Shown: positions 1-7,670 of the stretch, one piece after another
How positions within the stretch are numbered: the first letter of the stretch is position 1
How the letters are laid out: each line of letters opens with the position of its first letter
Assembly (NCBI GenBank): GCA_045643625.1
Contig: JAZULD010000080.1
Coordinates: 1-42,221, forward strand
Source: Acetatifactor sp.
Lineage (GTDB): Bacteria > Bacillota > Clostridia > Lachnospirales > Lachnospiraceae
Length of the DNA stretch: 42,221 bases
Reading direction: 5' to 3'
Notes under the pieces: model-generated
What the model was told of the DNA's origin: nothing
Database searches by the model: none
Seen by the model: only the letters and a program-made list of their open reading frames with translations
Made by a program: the position numbers and the translations under genes

Positions 1-16
1 CTCTTTCGGAGTTCGG

Positions 17-1111
17 TCAGTTTTCATGAACTCGCCCCTTTCGGGGACTCCGTCTCCACATGGCGTCAACACAAAGAACGCGCACTCTCTCTGCAGCGAT
101 GCCGACGATCAGCATGCAGAGGGCTGCCACGAGGCTACCCAGAATAAGTCCCGGACATGACGAGATCTTTGACAGCGGGAACAGTGCCTGCCACTTGTAG
201 CGAAGACCGATGTTTTCCTGGATCAGGTACGCGCCCAGCACATAGGGAGATACTTTCACAAGCAAGGCCGCAAACTTACCCTTGCATTCCACCTTCAGGA
301 AGAAGGCAAAAAGACCTGCTGCCGCAAGGAAGGGCAGAATGTGGTTGTATTCGTAGAAGACCTTCAGAAGCAGTCTTAAGCTTCCGGTCTTTAAATAGAC
401 GGTATGCAGGCACATTGTGCCGCCGAAGATAAGCAGTACGCCCGCCAGATAGGTGAGCATTGCGCGGGTCTTAGTCTTTACAAAAGGCAGACCAAAGCGC
501 GCTGCGTAAGCACCGGTTAAGAACATGCACAGATACCACAGGCAGTCGTAGCCCTTCTGATCCAGCTCTAAGCGCACGGGAAGCACGGACTTCAAGACAC
601 AGAAGGCGATGAGCAGCAGGATCAGGGAAGTGCGCAGCTGCTTCTCACTCATCTCGCGCACTGCTCTGCCGACAAAGGGCAGCAGCAGGAAGAGGAACAC
701 ATAGGCTGTCATAAACCAGTAGTGTCCCATGGAGATGGGGAAAATGAGCATCAGGAAGTAGTGGAGACCCTTTTCGGAGGCTTCCACAAGTCCCGCAAAA
801 TAGGCAACAAGACCAAGCACCACAGAGTAGGTCCACACCTGGATAAGCACTTTAATAAGCTTCTCGAGGCGGAATTCGGACTTCCAGAGGAAGTAGCCGC
901 TGATCAGCATATAGCAGTTGACTGCCACGATGCAGAAGGCTTCAAGCAGCCATGCGCTCACGCCCACAGCACCCATATCCGCGCTCTCCAGATTGCCTAA
1001 GAGATTGCCCTTTCCCAGGAAATGAAGCACGGTCACCATCATCATTGCGATGCAGCGGAGAAGCTCCGGTCCTGTTTGTCTTGTATTTGTACGCTGTAAC
1101 TGTTCAGTCAT
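17..1111 (-). CDS. Acyltransferase family 3 (OafA-like) polytopic membrane O-acyltransferase
   Basis: 364 aa, ~10 hydrophobic segments; N-terminal R..G.ELLR.IAM..V..LH, AVNCYMLISGYF and YWF...Y motifs of Acyl_transf_3; AAGGAG RBS. Confidence 0.85.
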   Translation of the reverse strand: MTEQLQRTNTRQTGPELLRCIAMMMVTVLHFLGKGNLLGNLESADMGAVGVSAWLLEAFCIVAVNCYMLISGYFLWKSEFRLEKLIKVLIQVWTYSVVLGLVAYFAGLVEASEKGLHYFLMLIFPISMGHYWFMTAYVFLFLLLPFVGRAVREMSEKQLRTSLILLLIAFCVLKSVLPVRLELDQKGYDCLWYLCMFLTGAYAARFGLPFVKTKTRAMLTYLAGVLLIFGGTMCLHTVYLKTGSLRLLLKVFYEYNHILPFLAAAGLFAFFLKVECKGKFAALLVKVSPYVLGAYLIQENIGLRYKWQALFPLSKISSCPGLILGSLVAALCMLIVGIAAERVRVLCVDAMWRRSPRKGRVHEN

Positions 1112-1146
1112 CTCGCAGCTCCTTTTTTACAAAGTAAGTCATATTA

Positions 1147-1175
1147 ATCATATCATTTCGGGTGTGATAAATCAA
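1147..1175 (-). promoter_or_regulatory. Putative sigma-A promoter of the acyltransferase gene
   Basis: Minus strand TTGATT-N17-TATGAT with extended TG. Confidence 0.5.
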
Positions 1176-1270
1176 TGGCTACCGTTTTCGCAGGGGTTCG
1201 CTGTGTTTCTCATCGTTTACGACGTTCGCCGGAGGTTCGTGCAGGCGTAAGTCCCGGCGAACCCCGGCGC

Positions 1271-1318
1271 AAAAAAATACACGACAGCGGATCTTCATCC
1301 GCCGCCGTGTTCTTTTTT
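1271..1318 (-). terminator. Rho-independent terminator after the oxidoreductase pair
   Basis: Minus strand ACACGGCGGCGGAT-gaag-ATCCGCTGTCGTGT followed by a T7 run; G-U pairs work only on the minus strand. Confidence 0.85.
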
Positions 1319-1342
1319 ACACAGTTCGTTTTCGGAACGGTC

Positions 1343-2515
1343 TTATTTGTTGTCGTAATTACCTACGGTAATTGCTTCGTTGTTGAAATCTGCAACGCTT
1401 GCAGCCTTCTCATAGAAGTGAACAGCGTTCTTTAAGATACCGTCGAAGGTGTAGTAGTCGTCATCCTTAGCAAGAGGAAGGGTAACGTTGATCTTCTTGC
1501 AGCCTGCCTTGTAGATAGCGGTGATGAGCTCAACGGTCTTTCTGCCGTCCTCACCGGTGATCATAGGTCTGGTGCCGTTCTCAAGAGCGTTGTAGTAGTT
1601 GTCGATCTCACCGGTATGACCCTCGTAGGGAAGATCTGGCATTCCGTTGTAAGCATCTTCGATCTTCTTGATCAGCTCAGCATTGCGCTCGGGAATAGGG
1701 AAGCCGTTGGGCTGAGCGAGCTCTGCCTTTACGCTGAAAGGAGCGGAGATCTTAGCGTCTGCACACATCAGATCGAGACCCTGCTCTTCGCCGTGATGAA
1801 CAACGGAGCTGGTGATCTGAGCGATGCTGCCATCGTCATAGGTAAGAGCTGCGAGGGAGATATCCTCAACCTCGGAGTTGTCATGCATGGTGTTAGCCAG
1901 TACAGCAACAACTTCCTTGGGAAGACGACCTTCGATCCAGTTCAGCATGTCGATGTGATGAACAGCGTGGTTCAGAGTACATCCGCCGCCTTCCTTCTCC
2001 CAGGTACCTCTCCACCACAGATCGTAGTAGCTGTGGCCTCTCCACCAGTAGGAGTTGATATGAGCACAGCAGAGTTTTCCGGGAAGACCGGAATCATATA
2101 CTGCCTTTAACTTATAGATAGAGTTGCGGAAACGGTTCTGAGCGATACAACCCATGGTAACGCCGTTGCGCTTCTCAGCCTCGAGCATAGCGTCACACTC
2201 TGCCAGGCAGGTAGCCATAGGCTTCTCAACAAGTACGTTGCAGCCTGCGTTCATAGCGTTGATAGCGATCTGTGCATGCACATAAGGAGGGGTGCATACA
2301 TGAACAGCATCGATCTTGATACCGGATGCAAGCATCTTCTCATGATCGTCAAAGATAGCTGCGTCCTCGATGCCGTGCTTCTCGGCAAAAGCCTTAGCCT
2401 TGTCGGGATAGATATCACAGAGAGCAACAACTTTTACTCTCTCGGGGAAAGTCTTAAGACCCTCGATGTGGAGTCTTGCGATACCGCCGGTTCCTACGAT
2501 TGCAACACGTAACAT
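1343..2515 (-). CDS. Gfo/Idh/MocA family NAD(P)-dependent oxidoreductase
   Basis: VAIVGTGGIA Rossmann motif, CTPP..H, VLVEKP, GGG...NHAVHHID; start moved to ATG 2515 behind a GGAGG RBS. Confidence 0.9.
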   Translation of the reverse strand: MLRVAIVGTGGIARLHIEGLKTFPERVKVVALCDIYPDKAKAFAEKHGIEDAAIFDDHEKMLASGIKIDAVHVCTPPYVHAQIAINAMNAGCNVLVEKPMATCLAECDAMLEAEKRNGVTMGCIAQNRFRNSIYKLKAVYDSGLPGKLCCAHINSYWWRGHSYYDLWWRGTWEKEGGGCTLNHAVHHIDMLNWIEGRLPKEVVAVLANTMHDNSEVEDISLAALTYDDGSIAQITSSVVHHGEEQGLDLMCADAKISAPFSVKAELAQPNGFPIPERNAELIKKIEDAYNGMPDLPYEGHTGEIDNYYNALENGTRPMITGEDGRKTVELITAIYKAGCKKINVTLPLAKDDDYYTFDGILKNAVHFYEKAASVADFNNEAITVGNYDNK

Positions 2516-2565
2516 TTTTTTGTCCTCCAATTAGTCAGGTATGTTTTGTTGTAGTGTTTTGTTTA

Positions 2566-3657
2566 TTAGCCCTTGATTCTCTTAGCCTGCATCTCTGCCT
2601 TTACGCAAAGCTCAGCTGCCTTGAAAGCGTGCTCCTGAGTCATAGCGTTCTCGGTACGGTTGATGCAGTCAAGGATCAGGTCGCCGAAGTAAGGATAGCC
2701 AACCTTGCCGTTAACCTCGAAGTGCTGCTCGCCGTCCTTGTTAACAAGGTATACATGCTGAGAAGAACCGTCGTTAGCAGCAACGTTAACGTACTTACGA
2801 AGCTCGATGTAACCCTCGGTACCGATGATGAAGGTTCTGCCATCGCCCCAGGTGGAAAGACCGTCGGGAGTGAACCAGTCAACACGGAAGTGCTGGGTAG
2901 TACCGTTGTCGCCGAGAAGAATTGCATCACCGAAGTCCTCAAGCTCGGGGAAATCGGGATGACCGTAGTTGCCTACTTCACTGTACTGGACGGTAGCATC
3001 CTTAACGCCGCAGTAGAAAAGGAACTGCTCGATCTGATGGCTTCCGATATCGCAGAGGATACCGCCGTACTGCTCTTTCTTGAAGAACCAGTCGGGTCTG
3101 CTGGAAGGATTACCTACTCTGTGAGGGCCGAAACCGTCAACGTGGATGGGAGTACCGATAGCGCCCTGCTCGATGAGCTGGCCTGCGAATACTGCGGACT
3201 CGGTGTGGATACGCTCGCCGTAGTATACCATGTACTTTCTGCCGGTCTTAGCTGCCATTTCCTTAGCTGCGTTTAACTGCTCAAGGGTGGTTAAAGGAGC
3301 CTTATCTACGAAATAGTCTTTGCCTGCTGCCATAACGCGAAGACCAAGTGCGCAGCGCAGATTGGTGATTGCTGCGGAACATACCAGCTTAACTTCGGGA
3401 TCGTTTAAGATCTCTTCCTCGCTGGAAGCTGCCTTTGCGGTGGGGAACATGTTGATGAACTTCTCCATCTTTGCGGGATCTGCATCATATACCCACTTTA
3501 CAACTGCACCTGCCTCGGTCAGGCCGTTGCACATGCCATAGATGTGGCCGTGATCCAGCGCGATCGCTGCGATATAGAATTCGCCTTCTTTCACTACGGG
3601 AGCGGGCTTGCCCTTAGGTGCGTAGTTCATTCCGTCTTGTTTGTTTACTTCGCTCAT
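2566..3657 (-). CDS. Gfo/Idh/MocA family oxidoreductase (YteT-like)
   Basis: LDHGHIYGM, YFVDKAP, GGILCDIGSHQIEQF, RVDWFTPDGL.TWGDGR motifs; start ATG 3657 behind AAGGAGG. Confidence 0.88.
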   Translation of the reverse strand: MSEVNKQDGMNYAPKGKPAPVVKEGEFYIAAIALDHGHIYGMCNGLTEAGAVVKWVYDADPAKMEKFINMFPTAKAASSEEEILNDPEVKLVCSAAITNLRCALGLRVMAAGKDYFVDKAPLTTLEQLNAAKEMAAKTGRKYMVYYGERIHTESAVFAGQLIEQGAIGTPIHVDGFGPHRVGNPSSRPDWFFKKEQYGGILCDIGSHQIEQFLFYCGVKDATVQYSEVGNYGHPDFPELEDFGDAILLGDNGTTQHFRVDWFTPDGLSTWGDGRTFIIGTEGYIELRKYVNVAANDGSSQHVYLVNKDGEQHFEVNGKVGYPYFGDLILDCINRTENAMTQEHAFKAAELCVKAEMQAKRIKG

Positions 3658-3796
3658 TGTTGCCTCCTTGCAATGTTGCATATAAAAATTTGTGTTTATA
3701 GTAGGCTGCATATCGCAGCGAACTTACTCAGTCAGATGCCGCCTTCCCATGTTCGGAGTCCTGCGGCTCGTCTGCCTTTTAAAAAAGGCTTCGGTC

Positions 3797-4600
3797 TTAC
3801 TGCTTTCCTCTCATGCGGTACACCGTATCTGTCAGCTTGTGGTACGCCGCGGAGAAGGTCCTGCTCTCAGCCAGGCGTCTTCTTAAGGGCGCCAGGGTGC
3901 AGGCGAGGATCGCCTTGTATTTAAAAAGTTCCCCGGGAGTCATGTAGATCTTTGTGATGGCTTCATGCTCCTTTGCAGAGCGCTTCAGATTCTCCGCAGT
4001 CTCGGAGAAGCCGCCGCCCTCGTAGTCGGCCACGGTCATGTCGAGGTAGACACATTTTGCATGGCCCTTATAGTAACACCAGAGAAAATGCTCATAGTCC
4101 GCGCGGATCTTGTAGGCGGGCTCATAAGGCTTCTCCCTGCAGAGAGATGCATCATAAATGCAGCTCTGGTGACAGGGCACGTTTCGATAGCAGGTAAAAC
4201 CGTTGATCACCGGGGAAGGGGTGATGAAACTGTCCTGTTTTTCATTGTAGATGCGTCCGTAGAGAAGGAGTCTGCCCTCTCCCGCGTGCTCCTCTGCCGC
4301 CTTGGCAGCCCCCGATAAGACATTCTCATCGTGGAAGGAATCACCGCAGTTTAAGAAGATCAGGTACTCTCCCTTCGCGTAAGCCACCGCCTGATTCATG
4401 GCATCGTAAATGCCTGTGTCGGAGCTTCTGTAAAGGTGGATGCGGGGATCGTCGGGCAAGTTATCAACGGATCCGTCGGTGCTTCCGCCGTCCTTGACCA
4501 CGATCTCGTAGTCCCCGTACTTCTGCATCAGAATACTCTGTATGGTGTCTTTCATTTTGTCGCCCGGATTCAGGCAGACAACGATCACAGAAAATTTCAT
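3797..4600 (-). CDS. Glycosyltransferase family 2 (WcaE/WfgS-like)
   Basis: FSVIVVCLN, DGGSTDGS, DTGIYDAMNQ, FLNCGD, CHQS, ADYE motifs. Confidence 0.9.
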   Translation of the reverse strand: MKFSVIVVCLNPGDKMKDTIQSILMQKYGDYEIVVKDGGSTDGSVDNLPDDPRIHLYRSSDTGIYDAMNQAVAYAKGEYLIFLNCGDSFHDENVLSGAAKAAEEHAGEGRLLLYGRIYNEKQDSFITPSPVINGFTCYRNVPCHQSCIYDASLCREKPYEPAYKIRADYEHFLWCYYKGHAKCVYLDMTVADYEGGGFSETAENLKRSAKEHEAITKIYMTPGELFKYKAILACTLAPLRRRLAESRTFSAAYHKLTDTVYRMRGKQ

Positions 4601-4616
4601 GCAAGACCTCACAGGA

Positions 4617-6152
4617 TTACATTACGTTCTTCTGTCTCACAAGGTACCAGAGGGTGATGCCTGCGAGAGCCATGAAGAACAGACAGGTTGCGGAATTCAC
4701 GAAGCTTCCCGCAAACAGGCCGAAGCGGCCTAAGATAAAGACAAGGATGTTGGCTGCCATATGCATGACAACGGGCACCCTGAAGTCGCCGAAATACTCG
4801 TAGGCATATGCCAGCAGACAGCCCACGCCGAATGCGTATACAGCCTGCACACCGTTCATGTGGAAGCCGCCGAAGAGCACTGCGGATACAAAGATCGCAA
4901 CTCTCACGTTGAAGAATCTGCGCAGGTAGTTGAAGATAATGCCTCTGAAGACGATCTCCTCACAGACGGGAGCCACGAGACCGTATACCAGGATTCCCAG
5001 CAGGAAAGCCACGGAAGCCTGATTCTCTGCTGCCTGAGCGTAGCTCTCGGAAGCGGAAGTCATGCCGGAGAATGCGCTGAAAATATTAAGTCCGATGACA
5101 AGGCCTACGGTTGCAAGTGCCAGGAAACCGTAATTGCCCAGGGGCTCTCCCTTGATGTGGGTCAGCTCCATGTCCTCTTTGGTCTTGCCGAGAACGAACT
5201 TTGCGGTCTTCAGCACGCCCAATACACCTGCGATGTTGGCGATCATAAGAGAGATCAGCTGTGCGTTTGCGGAAAGTCCCGCGCCCACACCGGTCTCATC
5301 TCGTAAGAACAGGAACCTGTCAAAGGCTCCGCCCACCATGGCGCCGCCCTCCACCATGCCGCCGATCTCAAGGAAGACCAGGTTCACCAGGTGGGTGACA
5401 AGGGTGCGTACCACGATAAATACCAGCAGGTTCCAGACAACCAGCCATGCCTTCTGGAAAGGTGTTGCCTTGGAGCGGTCATTCTCGTAACCGCGAAGCA
5501 GGAATCTCTGAAGCTCCTCAACGGTGGTCACAAGATAATCGGCATGTGCCTCGCAGAGTTCCTCCCTGCTGCCGTAGCCGTAGGTCACGCCGAGGCTGTC
5601 GATCTTCAGCTGCTTGGCTGCCTCGATATCATACTTGCGGTCGCCTACCATCAGGATCTTGTCTCTGCTGATAGCCTTGCCCGCAATAGTGGAAAATCTG
5701 TTCAGGACCTCGCTGATGACTTCCTTCTTGGAAGCTCTTCTGCCGTCCAGCTCGCTGCCGATGACAACATCGAAGAATCTGTCCATGTGGAAGTGCTCGA
5801 GGATGCGCTTTACGTATACGGTGGGCTTGTTGGAGGCTACGGCCATGTGAATGCCCTTGCCCTGCAGAGCTGCAAGCATGGGGATAATGCCCCGGTAGAC
5901 CTCGTTCTCGAAGAGTCCCACGGTATTGTAGCGCTCTCTGTATTTTTCAACAGCCAGATCGGCTGTGGCGTCGTCCATATTGTAGTATTCCTTAAAGCTG
6001 TCCTTTAAGGGGGGGCCGATAAAAGGCTCCAGTTTGTCGCGGTCGGGCTCGTCGATGCCAAGCTCCTTAAGGGCGTGCTGTACGCAGGTCGTAATACCCA
6101 GCTTGGAGTCTGTCAATGTGCCGTCCAGATCAAAAAGAATATACTGTCTCAT
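4617..6152 (-). CDS. Fusion: HAD-superfamily phosphatase (Gph/5'-nucleotidase-like) + CPBP/Abi (CAAX-type) intramembrane glutamic protease
   Basis: N-terminal FDLDGTLTDS, ASNK, MVGDRKYD; C-terminal TM domain with EEIVFRG, FGGFH and HMAAN motifs. Confidence 0.85.
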   Translation of the reverse strand: MRQYILFDLDGTLTDSKLGITTCVQHALKELGIDEPDRDKLEPFIGPPLKDSFKEYYNMDDATADLAVEKYRERYNTVGLFENEVYRGIIPMLAALQGKGIHMAVASNKPTVYVKRILEHFHMDRFFDVVIGSELDGRRASKKEVISEVLNRFSTIAGKAISRDKILMVGDRKYDIEAAKQLKIDSLGVTYGYGSREELCEAHADYLVTTVEELQRFLLRGYENDRSKATPFQKAWLVVWNLLVFIVVRTLVTHLVNLVFLEIGGMVEGGAMVGGAFDRFLFLRDETGVGAGLSANAQLISLMIANIAGVLGVLKTAKFVLGKTKEDMELTHIKGEPLGNYGFLALATVGLVIGLNIFSAFSGMTSASESYAQAAENQASVAFLLGILVYGLVAPVCEEIVFRGIIFNYLRRFFNVRVAIFVSAVLFGGFHMNGVQAVYAFGVGCLLAYAYEYFGDFRVPVVMHMAANILVFILGRFGLFAGSFVNSATCLFFMALAGITLWYLVRQKNVM

Positions 6153-6172
6153 CGAATCAATTACCCTTTCGA

Positions 6173-6676
6173 TTAAAAACTCCTGATGGTGTCGTTGGAG
6201 TCGTCAACGGTATTCTCAAAGCTTACGATCTTCACATCGTAGCCGATTGCGTCATTCACCTGTACGTGAACCGTATCGCCCTGTTTTCTGCCAAGGAGTG
6301 CCTTGCCCAAAGGGGATTCGTTGCTGATAAGACCTGCCAGGGAATTGCCCCTGACGGTGGTCACGATGCGGTAGGTCTCCTGCAGGCCGTCCTCTAAGAA
6401 TTCCACGGTGACGGTGTTGTTCAGGCCGATCTCATCGTCCGCGGACTCATCGGAGATGACCTTAGCGGTCCTGATCATTCTCTCCAGATAGCGGATCCTC
6501 GACTCGTTCTGGTTCTTCACCTTCTTGGCTGCATGATACTCGAAGTTCTCGCTCAAGTCGCCGTGGGCTCTGGTCTCCTTGACCTCCTCAAGGGCCTTGG
6601 GACGCACCACCAGCTTGCGGTACTCGATCTCCTCCTGCATCTTTTTGATATCGCTTTGTGTCAGTTCATCGTACAT
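6173..6676 (-). CDS. greA: Transcription elongation factor GreA family
   Basis: HGDLSENFEYHAAK with both acidic residues; ISNESPLGKALLG. Confidence 0.92.
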   Translation of the reverse strand: MYDELTQSDIKKMQEEIEYRKLVVRPKALEEVKETRAHGDLSENFEYHAAKKVKNQNESRIRYLERMIRTAKVISDESADDEIGLNNTVTVEFLEDGLQETYRIVTTVRGNSLAGLISNESPLGKALLGRKQGDTVHVQVNDAIGYDVKIVSFENTVDDSNDTIRSF

Positions 6677-6704
6677 AAAAATTACCTGTCAGTGCTCACG
6701 CACT

Positions 6705-7643
6705 CTATGCCAAAACAGCGCCCAGTCCGTAGATCACGCCTGCTGCCAGAACGATCTGGATGATGGCAAAACGGAAAACAGTCTGGGTATTGGACCAGCC
6801 CCACACCTTTCTCACATGATCGTGAAGAGGAGTTCGGACATTGGTCAGAATGTGTATTTTCAGGAAACGGATCAGGCTGACCTTCAGAAGTCCGAGGCCG
6901 CCGTCCAGGAATAAAACAAGTGCCAGAGGCAGGTACAGGAAAGGTGCACCTGTCTTCAGAACAGCAATGCTGATAAACAGTCCCATTGCTCTGGAGCCTG
7001 CGTCGCCCATCATCAGGATGCTGGGAGTTGCGTTGAACCAGAGGTATGCCAGGATGCACATCACAAACAGCACGATCAGGTAGGAGAACTCGCTGGCTCT
7101 GCCGAGCTGCCCGGTGACAAAATAGATGCTCATCAGCGTAATGATGGTCAGGGTTCCGGAGAGACCGTCCACACCGTCCGCGCAGTTGGTCACGTTCACG
7201 CTGGCCCATACAAGAAGCACGATGGCGATGCCGTAGAGAACGGGGTGTAAGGCGATGCCTGCGCCGAAGAATGCAAAGTTCACCACATTGGGGTTGTAGA
7301 CTAAGAAGGTGACAGCCACGAGGACCGCAACGATCAGGTCAAGCAGACCCTTCTTGTATTCGCCCCAGGACTTCTTGGCTGCGTCGTCAAGATAGCCTGT
7401 GAGCATGGACACCACGATCAGTACGAGGTAACAAATATTCTCAGCCTTCACAGGTACGAAGAGCAGTGCGCTTACCGCGAAGCAGAGCACAAAGATGATT
7501 CCCGCGCCTCTGGGCTTGCCGGCGGAGAGCTTGCCGTCATGAGCGAACTCTCTGCCGCCGTCCTTGGGAAGGCGGTTCTTCAACAGTGCCGTCGCGATCA
7601 CGGTTGCTGCAAAGGCAAACAGAATTCCGAATAAAGATACCAT
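6705..7643 (-). CDS. mraY: MraY-like polyprenyl-phosphate phosphotransferase (glycosyltransferase family 4/PNPT)
   Basis: ~10 TM; GYLDD, N.TN..DGVDGL, MGDAGS, PLHDH motifs; start ATG 7643 after GGAG. Divergent and outside a dcw cluster, so the symbol is tentative. Confidence 0.75.
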   Translation of the reverse strand: MVSLFGILFAFAATVIATALLKNRLPKDGGREFAHDGKLSAGKPRGAGIIFVLCFAVSALLFVPVKAENICYLVLIVVSMLTGYLDDAAKKSWGEYKKGLLDLIVAVLVAVTFLVYNPNVVNFAFFGAGIALHPVLYGIAIVLLVWASVNVTNCADGVDGLSGTLTIITLMSIYFVTGQLGRASEFSYLIVLFVMCILAYLWFNATPSILMMGDAGSRAMGLFISIAVLKTGAPFLYLPLALVLFLDGGLGLLKVSLIRFLKIHILTNVRTPLHDHVRKVWGWSNTQTVFRFAIIQIVLAAGVIYGLGAVLA

Positions 7644-7670
7644 AGGATCTCCGTTCTGCACGAATCGTGC

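Noticed and set aside
6682-7209. 175-aa alternative-frame ORF inside the mraY-like gene
   Set aside because: Fully overlaps a well-supported gene on the same strand; composition is not protein-like
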